Below are positions 37,151 to 49,801 of a stretch of 63,883 bases of DNA, piece after piece. Position numbers and translations under genes: made by a program. Numbering within the stretch: the stretch's first letter is position 1; every line of letters starts with the position of its first letter. The DNA is taken from positions 467,209,096-467,272,978 of the forward strand of contig NC_058133.1 in assembly GCF_016433145.1 (NCBI RefSeq), in the 5' to 3' direction. The notes under the pieces are model-generated. The model ran no database searches, had not been told where the DNA came from, and saw nothing but the letters and a program-made list of their open reading frames with translations. The stretch comes from Gracilinanus agilis (Eukaryota).

Positions 37151-37336
37151 TTTTAAATGATTGAGCATACCCCAAAGAACAGATCCTAAGTGCCCAAGAG
37201 GGATACAATCAATGAGGAGGGAGAGATAATTTCTAAGTTGGTAGGGCTAACATAAAGGAAGGTACCAGTTGAGGTGAGTCCTGAGAGTTGGGTAAAAAAA
37301 AAAGAATCATTATAACTCTTATCTAATAAAATCATC

Positions 37337-37645
37337 ATAATAAGAAACCACATTAATAGATAATATAGTGATAACTTTTAACAAATATTATTATTGATGT
37401 TCATATTTATATAGCACTGCAAGTCAGATTATGACAAGAAATACCATTACAATAAAGATTTTGATATCAAAAAATTCCAGAAGGAATCATTATACTAGCC
37501 TAATAACAACAATAATAAGAAACCACAATAATAAATAAAATAATGATAAGTAGCAGTAAATATCATTGTCACTTTTTATATTTATATGGCACTGCAAGTC
37601 AGATTATGACAAGAAATCCCATTACAATAAAGATTTGAAATAAAA
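37337..37645 (+). repeat. Tandem duplication, 175-bp period
   Basis: ATAATAAGAAACCACA at 37337/37512; GCACTGCAAGTCAGATTATGACAAG at 37414/37589. Confidence 0.92.
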
Positions 37646-38089
37646 AGATCACTGAGCCCTCATGGGGTCCTGCTCATTTCAGAGATATTTCCTCCAAATG
37701 ATGCCTTCTCCAAGAATATGGATAGTCCTTTTAGAACTGATTAGATTATAGAAGGACTTATCACATAGTATATCTATCAGGGAATTCAATGGCAAAAAAA
37801 GAAAAAAGCTGGGCCATGGACCTGCCTTCTTCCAAGGGGATGGACCTCTTTCACTTTTTATCAGTGCTCAGCTCCCCTACAGAGCCCAGCACTTTGCTTT
37901 TCATTCATTGAATCTTGTAAAACTGGAGGGTCCATGACATGATTGATTAGCTCAAACATGCGACTGGTTTTATAGCTGTATTTGCATTGCAAAGATCTGG
38001 GAAAACAATTTCAGGCATGGGCTGGGGGTTGGGTGGGGAAAGGAGGAATCTTTGTAGGAAGGACTAGAAACATGTTCGGAAAAGAAGTA

Positions 38090-38600
38090 GCTAGAAAATT
38101 CACAAATATTTAGCCTACAAAATGTATATTCCATGTTCATAGCAACACCTTTTTAAAGGAGTGAAATACTGGAAATGAAGTAGTTTTCCATAGATCAGTG
38201 AAAGGCTAATACATGAAAATAGTTGAGTAAGAAATAAATATACTATTAGAAAGGAATATGAAAAATTCAGAGAAACATAGGAAGACATAAATATACTAAT
38301 GAAAGGCAACAAAATGATATTATAAGATTACAATAAAAAGAATGATAGTCTAGAACGACATAAAACAGAACACAGAAAAGCCCCACAATGCAATAGCTTT
38401 AATACATAATTATAATAAGCAAGAAATTTGACCCTGAAGAATTGAGAAAAATGTACCTTCTTTTGTTTTTTTGCCCCTTTTGTTTTTTTTTCCCCAAAGT
38501 GGCACAGGAGTAGAATATTGTTCAATTTGGTTAATATGTTGACTGATTTTACGATTGCCTCCCTTCTCCTTTTTTACTTTTTGATACAAAGGATGGCTCA
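38090..38600 (+). mobile_element. Old L1 ORF2 end/3'UTR
   Basis: ATGTTCATAGCAACAC...TGGAAATGAAG...AAATTCAGAGAAACATAGGAAGAC. Confidence 0.6.
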
Positions 38601-38811
38601 TAAGAATGAGCTGCAACAGATTTATTCATATTTCATCTAGAGATATGGAAGGATCTTCAGAGATCATCTAGTTCAACCCCTTTGCAAGGTCTTCTAAGAT
38701 CACATAAGAAGTAAGCATCTGAGGTGAGGTGGGATTTGAACCCAGGGCCTCTGGCTCTGGAGCTAATGCTGTTTCCATTGTAGAGAAGAAAAATGAGGCT
38801 CAAGGCTCAAG

Positions 38812-38902
38812 CCCAGGGTCAACCAGCTAGGAAGTGCCTGAGGTCAAATTTGAACCCAGGACCTCCCCCTTTCTCAACTCACTGAGCCACCTAGCTGCCC
38901 CC
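38812..38902 (-). mobile_element. Opossum SINE 5' half
   Basis: GAGGTCAAATTTGAACCCAGG...CCACCTAGCTGCCCCC. Confidence 0.75.
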
Positions 38903-39479
38903 TGTAATAGGAATTTAAAAGTATTTTGGAGTATAATTCAGGCAAAACTTTAGAATGAGCATCAAGAGAAAAAGAATTTGAAAGGCTGCTGGCTCCTAAT
39001 TATAATCCTGGAGTTTATATACAAATCAAAGAACTAGGAGCCTCTCCTCTAGAACACAAAGGCCGGTTGCAGCATATGACAAGCTGGTGGCAGCAGAGAA
39101 CAGTAGAAATGACACTGAAGCCTTGCAGACAGCAGCAAAAAGGAACATCTCAGTGAAAAAAAAGTCACACTGCTGCTGGCAAATCAACAGATGACAGCAG
39201 AGTTATCAGCACAGGTAAAATGGACCTCAGAGAATGGAGATGCCCAGCAGATGGCAGCAGAGAGCAATCTGAAGAAACAAAGGCATGAAAATAGAGACGC
39301 CAGGCAGATGGCAGCAGAGAGTAAATTGAAGAAACAAAGGCATGAGTTTCCCTAGTGGTCTCTGTACTCAGTGCCCATCTGTTCTCTGTGCACATATCTA
39401 ACTGGGCATGTTACCTGGCTAAATGTGTTCCCTTCATGTGTGCTCCTCTGTTGGGATTCTATGGTGATATGTTTGTCTT

Positions 39480-40010
39480 TCATTTCCAAGAGAGCCAATG
39501 CCATCATAGGTGATGTCTTGACTCACTCATGAATTGAATTTAAGTGAGGCAGAATTGCACAAAGTCATCAGCTTCTCTTTCAGAATCATTAAATTCAACG
39601 GCAAGACAAAAGTCAGATCAACTGGCAATGACTCAGTATGCAATGGAAGACCTTGGCATCTTCGATATTTGACCAAGCTCTAAGAGCTCCATAGTACCTA
39701 GTACTTCATGGTCCTTTGAAACAAAGTGTTCTCATCCATCCATTCCAATGAGGAAAGTCTTCACATGCTTGGTGTAGACCTCCTTCCTAACTCACTGACA
39801 GGCTGGAAACCAGGGTTAGCCTGTGTGCCAAGACAGTTTTACCAGGTTGTGGCTACTGCACATGTTGTGGCTTCTTGGAGCCACAGGTAAGATTTGGGGG
39901 AAAGGTGGATGAGCAACCCTGAAAAGATATTGGAGATCCTTACACCAGAATGATAGTCCTCTCTGAGTACCCCATACACCCCTGTGGTAATACATGTTCC
40001 TTGTATATGC
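39480..40010 (+). mobile_element. RTE-related element (RTE 5' region or RTE-derived WALLSI-type SINE)
   Basis: GGTGATGTCTTGAC...ATTTAAGTGAGGCAGAATTGCACAAAGTCATCAGC...GGCAAGACAAAAGTC. Confidence 0.65.
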
Positions 40011-41790
40011 CCCCTCTCTCTTTGGTGATATGATAGTCCATGTGAGCATGTGCCTCTGTGCATTTGGAGGAAAATCTTTTCACCTATTTTACTACGTTTC
40101 ATTAAATATCTTTTGTGATGAACTAATATGTCCTTTAGACACCTTAATAAAAGAAAATACATTGATGGGGGCTCACAAGCTACACTTTTGAATGGATATT
40201 GACCTACAAAGTGCTATGGATCTAGGGAAGGGTTTTGTTGTTGTTGTTGTTGTTGTCGTTTGGGGAAGTTGGTTTGGGGTTTATGTTAGGGAGATCCCGG
40301 GTGCTATAACTATGAAATAAAAGAGAATATTCTATGTGAATAAAAGAGGTACAAAGTATTATGAGAGATCAGAGGCAGACATGTCTAACAGGAATCAGAA
40401 AGAAGTAGCCATTTGGGTAGTTCTTAGCAGAGAGAGTCAATAAAAGTTTATAGGATTTGATTGAATGCTTCTCTATGATACTATGAGTTATAAAAGATCA
40501 ATCACAAGCATTCCTAAGACCAAGACCAGTTTAGGCATTCTCAAAGTTTTCAAGGAGGACCTCATTTATAGTCCTTTTCTGTTCCAAATTTTACCACTTG
40601 AGCTGCTTTTTTACTCAGAAGCTACAATTTCAAACTCCAACAGTCCTGTTCTCTGAAGTGAGTGCCATTGAATAGGACCTCCACTATTCCCAACCTCCCA
40701 CTGAAATATCACATGCCATTTTTCCAGCTATACATAGCCCAAAGTCTAATTTGAGGGTGGTTAAAAGTGACAGAAGATTCCTGAAGATAAATGTCAGTTC
40801 ATTTGAACTTGCTTTGCTCTCATTTCTGAGGAGGACGGGCAATTGTTGCATTGTTTGACAAGTTGCCAAGCACCATGAGAGATTGAAGGGTTGAAGCAAT
40901 TGCTTGGCTCATGGCTTACACGGGAAAGAAGGGCAGGAACACAGCCAGGATATTTTTAATGGCTAGAGTAAGGAACATTTCATTTGAGCAAAAGATCAGT
41001 ATGATATTCCCCACCATGTTTTCCACTTTTCATTTTGAAGTTGCTAGGATTTCTCAGCCTTCCTTTACCTGAATAGCTACTTCTTTCTCTCTTCCACACC
41101 CACAACTCCCTGTGGACAAGAGGGCTCAGCAGCCTCTCCCCTCCTCAAAAGTGGAATCTTGGCTATATGAGACCGTAATTTTCCTTCCTATCTATGCCCT
41201 GACTGAGTCCAACATGACCATGATAAGTTGCTGCCAGAGGGCATGGCAGGGAGGACTTACGTGGTGCAGCTGTCCATGAGAAATCAATGAGTCCTTTCAA
41301 AGATTGGACTTTGGTAGAGGGGTTAGAGGTAAGAGGGAGCAGATCACTATACTTGCTGTTCTCAGTCCCTGGATGGATGTGCTTAGTATGCTATTCTTTA
41401 TTGCCAAATAAGGGAGCAGATATATGGCTCCATGTCCCCAACTAAGAAGAATGCTGGATCTAGAGTCAGGAATATCTGAGTTCAAATCTTGCCTCAAATA
41501 TTTCCTAGTTGTGTGACCTTGGGCAAATCCCTTAACCTCTCTATCTATTTATCTTTTAAATGGGGAATAATAACAGCAGCTACCTCATAGGGTCGTTGTG
41601 AGGAACAAATGAAAAAACACACGTAAAGAGCCTAGTAAATTTTAAAGCACTATATATATGCTACCTGTAATTATTATCATCTACCTTATTTTACCTCTTC
41701 CTTTAAAATTCTTGAACTAGGCAACTACAATTGATATGTCATCTTCTTACAATCCATATATTCCTTGACTACTTGTAACTTAATTTCTTT

Positions 41791-42020
41791 TTTTTTTTTT
41801 AATTTTTTAATTTTTTATTAAAACCCTTACCTTCCGTCTTGGAGTCAATACTGTGTATTGGCTCCAAGGCAGAAAAGTGGTAAGGGTAGGCAATGGGGGT
41901 CAAGTTACTTGCCCAGGGTCACACAGCTGGGAAGTGTCTGAGGTAAGATTTGAAACTAGGACCTCCCATCTTTAGGCCTGGCTCTGAATCCACTGAGCTA
42001 CCCAGCTGCCCTCCCCCCAC
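41791..42020 (-). mobile_element. Young SINE1_Mdo-like copy with poly-A tail and 14-bp TSD
   Basis: TSD AACTTAATTTCTTT at 41777-41790 and 42021-42034; body close to consensus. Confidence 0.95.
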
Positions 42021-42816
42021 AACTTAATTTCTTTCAAACTATTCTAATCCAATCCAATAAATAGGTATTAAATGCCTACTATATGCTAGGCATTGTGCTA
42101 AAAACTGGGAATAGGATTAATAAAGACAATCTTTGCCCGCCAGTAGATTATAATCTAATTAACTAATGCCCTTGAGTAGATTATAATTTAACTAAAGAAT
42201 GCACACAAGGACCCAGGAAGGTGGAGGTAAGGACAGGACACAAGGGAATATCATATAGGGGGTTTCTTGTACTCAGAGATCAAACTAGTCAGGGCAGTAG
42301 ATGCAAAATGTTACATAAAGTCCAGTTTCTACCCTTTATAAAGGAAGGCATTGGGAGGAATTTAATGCTCCATCCACTAACCCTACAGCTAGAAAGGAAA
42401 GGAGATTGAAAGAGGTGGAGTCAATCAAGACTTAAGATGATGATGAATTTAGAAGTTTAGAAAGATTATCCTAGGAAGGGCATCTTATTCTGTAGAGCTG
42501 AAACCAGGCAGGGAGACAAAGTGCCAAAACTATACTATCAACAGGCATCAAAAGATCCCAAACATTAAATGTGAAAAATTTTCAATTCTTATTCTCCTTA
42601 AACTATCTGCAATATTAGGTACAGTTAATTCCTCTCTCCATCTTGAAACATTTTCCTTAAATTTGGTGATCTGATACCACTAACTCCTTATCTTGCTCTC
42701 TGGCTTCTGTTTCTTCTTTAAGTATGGGTGGGTCCCCAAGATTCAGATCTCTACCTTCTCATCTTCTCAATGCTCTTCTTTTTGAAACTCATTCATTCTC
42801 ATTCCTTTAACCATCA

Positions 42817-42820
<4 letters not shown>

Positions 42821-42861
<41 letters not shown>

Positions 42862-42862
42862 G
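42821..42862. repeat. (TA)n microsatellite
   Basis: Visible directly. Confidence 0.95.
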
Positions 42863-43026
42863 TAATCCTAAATCTATATATCTTTCCCTAAACTCTTTGG
42901 CAGGTATAGTATCAAATTCTATTTCACCTCTACTCACCTTCTGGATATTGCTACAATCACCTCAAACTCAACTTTTTGACAATAATAGCTCACATTTATA
43001 GATCCCTTTAAGATTTGCAAGATTAG

Positions 43027-43121
43027 TATGTATGTATGTATGTATCTATCTATCTATCTATCTACCTATCTATATCAATCTATTTCTCTACCTGTCTATT
43101 TCTCTACATCTATCTATCTAC

Positions 43122-43172
<51 letters not shown>

Positions 43173-43190
43173 CATATCTATCTATCTATC
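43027..43190. repeat. (TATG)n then (CTAT)n microsatellite
   Basis: Visible directly; gives YLSI-repeat ORFs. Confidence 0.95.
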
Positions 43191-44079
43191 CAAAATCTCC
43201 GTTGAACTTCACAACAATCCTACGAGGTAGGTGTTGTCGTTATCTCCATTTTACTGTCCAGTTGTCCAGTTGTATCTGAATCTTCATGACCCCTTTTGCA
43301 TTTGGTTTTCTTTTTGGCAACGACAATGAATGGCTTCCTTTTTCCTTCTCCAGTTTCTTTCCAGGGTCATATAGCTCCTAAGTGCTGAGGACAGATTTGA
43401 ACTCAGATCCATCTGACTCCAGGGTGAATGTTTTACCCACTGTGCCAAGTAGTGGCTACTTTTGGTCATGTAGCCTGATAAGCTTGCAGTTATTTTGATC
43501 CTTTGCATCTGTTCCTTACTTTCTAATTACACTACCAGTAGTTTGTATGTTTAAGACTTGTTACTTTATGCCTAGACTGCTGCAATAGCCTTCTAACTAT
43601 TATCAATGCTACAAGAACTATGGCTCTGGAGAAGTGTTGAGAAAATCCATCTCCCACTGTTCCCTGCATAAGTTGAAGTGTTACAGTGGTAGAATATTTC
43701 ATAGACTTTCAGGATTGACTGATGTCTTAGTTTGCTGGCCTGCTTTATTTATTTGTTTTTTAAAACACTCTTTGTTATGAGAAATAGCTGTCTGGACAGA
43801 GAAGGTGGAGGAATCAATTCAGAAATGCAGATCATTTAAAAGTCAAAGATGAGAATAAAAATTAAAGAAAAATAAAAACACCTAAAACCTAACTCATTAC
43901 CTTTTTACCCTAATTAGTTCTTCTTCCTAATTTTCCTATCCATGTCAAAGGTATGACCATTCTCTAATCATAATAATTCTTATTTATATAGCACAGAAAT
44001 CTTTTTTGTTCTTCCTCTGCAAATCAACTACTTTCCCTACCACCTCATATTGCCACTTGTCATCAGTCATTTGTCTTTC

Positions 44080-44260
44080 ATCAAGGAAAAGGAAGTGGGG
44101 TGGTCATGTAGTAAGAATGACAAACAACAGATACAGTCTGAGTGCCACATTTGTAGCTTTGAGATGTTCAAAGAACCTGAAGAAGGCCACTTGCAATGTG
44201 TGGATGAGATCTTTTATGGAGAATTTAGAGAAAAATGGGGAGGAAAATCACACAGGCAAT
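44080..44260 (+). mobile_element. RTE LINE 3' ORF fragment
   Basis: RKRKWGGHVVRMTNNR in ORF 44006..44263 matches the RTE motif RWAGHVARM.DDR. Confidence 0.7.
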
Positions 44261-44862
44261 TGATTAATCACACAGGTAATGAGGGGCTGAACTAGGAAAC
44301 AGATCTAGGTTTCTTGACTCTAAACCTATTGCTCTTTCTCCTCTATGGCATTTCTTCTAGTCATGCAACCTTAAACACTTGAAGTCTTCTTTAATTCTTT
44401 CTTGCCTCCTCAAATTCAAATAAGTTACCAAGTCCTATTGATTCTTCCCAGTTACTTCGCTTCCTTCTGTTCCTTTTTTTCCGTCACTCTGCCAGTAGTG
44501 TATTCAGACCCTGATACGTCATGCCTTGCTTATTAAAATAGTCTTCCAACAAATCTTATTGCCTCTACCCTTTCTCACTTCCAAATTGTCCAGCTGGCCA
44601 CATTGGATTAATCGTGCCCAAACACCATATACATCCCACTACACCAAACTTCTCAAATAAGCCCAAACTATAGGCACTTAAGATCTCTTATGAGACAGTC
44701 AATACCATCCATTCCAAACCTTGACTTATCCCTCTTTTGAACTTTTGTTCTTGGGTTTACTCCATTCAGAATGCCCACCATCCCACTCCCATCTTTCTGC
44801 ATTCTATTAATCAAACCATACCCATGGTGATTTCTCCTTCACTGAATCTCTTATAAGCAAAA

Positions 44863-46497
44863 GGTGGAGACAAGATGGTGGGTTAAAAGCAACACAGCTA
44901 AACTCTCTCAACAGTTCCCTCTAAACAGCTTTAAAATAACTCCTCAAAATCAAATTTTGGAGTGGTAGAGCCAACAAAAGGTCAGAGTGAGACATTTTTC
45001 CAGCTTAAGAAAACTTCAGAAGTCAGAAGGAGAAGTTTATGGAGGCAAGCTCAGAGGGCACACACCACAACATAAGCAACAGGCCTTAGAGGTGGCTACA
45101 ATAGCCATCACAGCAATAGTTTTGGGAGTTCTCATCCCTGAAATGGTAAGGACATCAGACAACTTGTCAGAAAGAGATTACAGGAGAATCTTCACTGATA
45201 CTGGGTGCAGTTGGTGCTGAGTGGCAACTCTATTGCCCATATGCAGTTCTGTGTCACAGTTCTAGGATGGAAAGGAACACTTGTCAGTCAGAAGTGAGCA
45301 AGGACTCTAGTCCTGGTTCCAAGGTAGAGAGTAGTGCTAGCATTCATGGCGGCAAGAGAGCAGGGGACTTGGTCACAGTTCCAAGGCCAAGAGATAAGAA
45401 TGATAGAGAAAAACTGGGAAAAAAAAGTGAGAGTGAGCAAGAATATTATGGAAAAAAAAAGAATTAATACCTTGTTAAAAAAGAGACACAAAAAAATTAA
45501 AGAAAATATCAGTTTAAAAAACAGAATTGGCCTAATAGTAAAAAAGGTACAACAATCTCCTGAAAAAAAAAGCTCTTAAAAACTATAATTAGTCAAATGG
45601 GGGAAAAAGTTCACTTAAAATAATTCCTTAAAAAGTACAATTGGACTTATTTCATAAGTCTTAAAGAAATAATCAAAATGATAGAAGAAAATGTGAAATA
45701 TCTCATTAGAAAAATAATTCACTTGGAAACTATATCAAAGAGATATAATTTAAGAATTATTAGACTACTTAAAACCCATAATTTTTTAAAAAGAGCATAG
45801 ATATATTTCAGGAATTTATAAAATAAAACGGCCCTGATATCTTAGATTCAGAGAATAAAGTAGAAACTGAAAGAATCCATTGATTGTCTCATGAAATAGA
45901 TACCAAAATGAAAAATCCCAGGAATAGTATAACCAATTTCCAGAGCACCCAGGCCAAGGAGAAAATATTGCAGGCAGCTAGAAAGAAACAATTAAAATAT
46001 TGTGGAGCCACAGTAAGAGCCACACAAGATTCAGTGCTCCCACATTGAAAGAGTGGAGGGCTTGGAATATGATGTACCAGAAGACAAAAGAGCTAGGATT
46101 ACAACCAAGAATAATCTATCAAACAAAACTGGGTATAATCCTTCAGGGAGGATAATGAATATTTTACTAAGTAGAGAACTTTTAAGAATTCCTGATGAAA
46201 AGACCAGAGTTTAATAGAAAACCTGACATTCAAACACAAGGATCAAGAGAAGCTTAAAAAGGTAAACATGAAAAATTAGTCATAAAAAATTCAATAAAGT
46301 TAAAACTGTTTATATTCATATTTAGGGAGATAATACATGTCACTCCTAAAAATCTTATCACTTTTATGGCAACTAGAAGGAGTCTACATTTATAGGAATG
46401 GGTATGAGTCTATTATGTTGTAACAATCTCCAAAAAATAAGGGAGTAAGAAAGAATAAGAAAGAGGCAATCACTGGGAGAAAAGGGAAGGGAGAGTC
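44863..46497 (+). mobile_element. L1 5'UTR + decayed ORF1 + spacer, no ORF2 (3'-truncated L1 or HAL1)
   Basis: Starts GGAGACAAGATGG. 45950-46033 reads QAKEKILQAARKKQLKYCGATVRATQDS (L1 ORF1p). Confidence 0.85.
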
Positions 46498-47460
46498 AAT
46501 TGCTGGGAAGAGTGAGCTGACAAGGAAGCTGTTGGTTGAGCTTTTAAAATTCTTGTTGAGGAGGAAGTTTAAACTGGCACAGGTACTAATTGAGATAATA
46601 ATACCTGTATTATGAGCTTCTAGTAACTATTACTCATTATGACAGCTCAACATAGTGAATAAATTTCTGAACACACATGTGCACATACATACATACACAC
46701 ATTTAAAGTTATAAGTCAAGAAATAGGCTGGAAAATGAATAAAAGAAACCTTGATCATAAAAGCTACTATAGTGGCAGGGAAGATCAAGACACAAACTCA
46801 TATATCTATATCTGTACTCATGATAAAATAGTTGTTGGAAAGGCTGATCTGTGATCTCTAGTATCTCCTACAAAGAAATAAGCCCAGGCCAAAAGAATAC
46901 ACCACATATCTCAACCACTTTGAGATTAATGACTCTCAGAGGGGAAGAAAAGACAAACCTCAGGACACATTGATTCTGGGCTAGACCTCTTTGTGGCACA
47001 GATCTAAATGGTAGGTAGTTAGGAATGTGGGCTAGACAACCTTTTAAAGTGATCCAGGCTCCATTCCTAGATTGAAGATAAGTGAGGATGATTCCCATGC
47101 TCAGTAAGTCAGCAATTCTATCCTTACATTTATATTTTCTCTTCTAGCCTGACAAATACTGATAAAGAAACTTTTAAAGAAATACAATGCATAAATGAAG
47201 GCAAAGAAATGGTGGAGTTGGGGTGGGGAGAACAATCTGTGCACAATAATTCACATCATGCTTTAAGGTTAACTGAGTGCATCTTTTATAAGACATCTGT
47301 GAAGTGTTTTGGATAAATATTGCTGTCTCCATTCTTCATCAGAGCAGAGTGAGCCTTACAGAGATTTTGTCTTCTTCAAGGTCATTAGATTATGAGTGAA
47401 GGTGTCAGGATTCAAACTGAGATTTTCAGTATTCCAAGTCCTCTTTTCATTCTTAGATAC

Positions 47461-47705
47461 TGTGTAATTAGAAATCTTGAACCCTTGGACTTCATCTCCC
47501 AGAATCCTTTTCTCTTCGTTCACATAGCATCCTTACATATTGTTTATAATTTGTGTGTAACCCCGCCCTCTCCTTCTTCTCTCGTGACCACAACTGGGTT
47601 AGCTCCCTTTTTACTCTAGCTTTTTATTTTCCTTTACTTCAAGTTATTATTAATCTTATTAAATATAATACTTGGAGATATTGCATATTAATTTTTAAGC
47701 TTACA
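47461..47705 (+). mobile_element. Solo LTR (ERV1-type, 4-bp TSD)
   Basis: TGTG...TTACA; TSD ATAC at 47457-47460 and 47706-47709; ATTAAA at 47658. Confidence 0.88.
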
Positions 47706-47719
47706 ATACTTTCAGAATG

Positions 47720-48700
47720 AACTGGAGATTAGGGTGGAAATTGGTGAAAGCTGAAAACTTCAGGATCCCAAGTCAGGTGAGGACTGTTATCAACTGAAAA
47801 GGGTCAGAAAAGTTGGTAAGGTAGTCATTAGAGACTAAGTCAGGTGAAGTTGTGTTCAAGAACTGGTCCTCTCTCTGCCCAGGAACGCATCTTTATACAC
47901 CTTCTATTTTACGACTGATTACAGGACTCCTTCAAGTAACTGGTTGCTCTTGTTACTTCTAGTTGGAAAAATGGATTGTCTACAAGGTTACTAAAGTTCA
48001 GTCATATTAAAACTCTACATCCATAGAATATTTTATACTTTTCAATGAAATTTTGTTTGCATGATCTCATCTGATCCTCTTGATATCCCTTTCTAGTGAG
48101 TGTTTGGCATTCACCCTTCCTTAAATGCTCTAACATTTCCTTTAGCCCTCTGCCATTCCCCCTCCCTTCACCCCCTGCAAAGTGGTATGTAGTGTGTTTG
48201 TCTCCACTGATATTTTGGGGTTCTCTTAAGAGGAGAGTGCTGACTGGGTTAGGTGTGTAAAGCAGTGATGGGTGGGTCAAAGAGTACCTGTTGGCTCATG
48301 TGTTCCTGAACACAGAACAGAACAGATGGACAAGAGAGACCCAGCTGAGAGAGAGAGTCCAGGCAACAGCAGGAAGTTCCTGGCAGGGAGTCTGTCCAGC
48401 CTGGCTAGCTTATTAATGACTTTGGCTGGGCCAGCACAGCTTATAAGGCAAAATGGAGATTTGGCAATTTCTCTCTTAATTTGGCCATGTAGAGACAGCC
48501 TGATTGAATGATTTAGCACCCCCTTTCTTGCCAAATCTAGCCTATAGGATAGCTAGGCATATGAAGAGTCAATTCAACATATTGGTCCATGTAGATGTTT
48601 TGATAGCATATGTTGTACTGAATGGGTTGTGAGACCGACATGGAACTTTTTAAAAGTCCAAGTTATAGTGTGGGCACAATGACCCATCTCTTTAATACCA
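47720..48700. mobile_element. Possible further LTR-like sequence
   Basis: Composition resembles ERV LTRs, but no termini or TSD were established. Confidence 0.2.
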
Positions 48701-48724
48701 GTATCCTCTCAGTGATGCAATCTG

Positions 48725-48786
48725 CAATAATGATGATGATGATGATGATGATGATAAAATGATAATAATGATAATGATGATGATAG
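48725..48786. repeat. (GAT/AAT)n microsatellite at a MIR tail (MIR about 48790-49020, -)
   Basis: Visible directly. Confidence 0.9.
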
Positions 48787-49801
48787 CATTTATCTAGCAC
48801 TGTAAGGTTTATAAACACTTTATATCTACTATCTCATTGGATCCTCAAAATAATCTTCAGACATAGGGGTTAATATCCCTTTTTTACAGATGAGAAAACT
48901 GAAGCAGATGTTAAGTGACTTGCCCAGGGACACACAGTTGGTAAGTGTCTGAGGCAAGGTTTGAAACTCAGGTTTCGTTCACTCCAAGTCTAGCACTTTA
49001 TCTGTTATACAAACTAGTTGGACACTGACTCCAAATAAAGATGGAAGGTGAGGAAAGGACAATATAGAGTGGGAAAGTATTTTTGTGGTTCTGTGTTCTA
49101 GTGCCTAGGAGAAATGCTTGTGCCTAGGAGAAATTCAATTGGGGAGGAAGTGAGTAGGTAGTGTGCAGCTGCAATAAAAAGAACAGTCTGACCATGGCAG
49201 CAACTATGCTGGAAGAGAAAAGAGATTGTTATCCAGAGGATCCAGCCAATGTCCCACATTGGGAAGTGATCAGGAAGGGAACAATCATTTATTAAGCCTA
49301 TCCTATGTCACACAGACACAGACCCATACACACAAACATACACATACACACACTAAGTAGTCAAGCATTATTTTAAACAATTTATGAATATTATCTCATT
49401 TGATCCCTTAAAAACATTAGGAATTAGGTGTTTTTACCATGGCAATTATACAGTTGAAAGAATTGAGGCAGACAGAGGTTCAAAGACTTTCCTAGGGTCA
49501 CACATCTAGGAAGTGTCTGAAGCTAGATTTAAAATCAGATCTTTCAGACTCTTGGGCCAGCATATTGTCTTCTGAGTTGCCTAGCTATCCTTGAGTTTGG
49601 AGAAAAGGTGGAAGCTTAGGCAAGGGACAACATAATGATGAAGCCCTGAGAGTGGCAGCTCAAAGTGGTCACAAGCCAACAGAATACTGCAAGGAGAGGA
49701 ATGGATATGTAGTCTTTGTTCAGAACAAGTATGCCCCTGGAAGATATTTGTCCTCTGGGACAAAAATCATAATATATGAATTATAGCTAGATGACTTGGT
49801 G

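Larger units (their letters stand above)
42590..44850 (+). mobile_element. Fragmented LINE2 with nested microsatellites, MIR/MAR1, L1 3'UTR (43670-43865) and RTE pieces
   Basis: TCCCCAAGATTCAG...CTCATTCATTCTCAT..CACCTCAAACTCAAC; TTACCAAGTCCTATTGATTC. Confidence 0.55.

Noticed and set aside
37337-39345. Spaced direct repeats as a CRISPR-like array
   Set aside because: Only 2-3 units with homologous spacers in mammalian intron DNA; these are ordinary tandem duplications.
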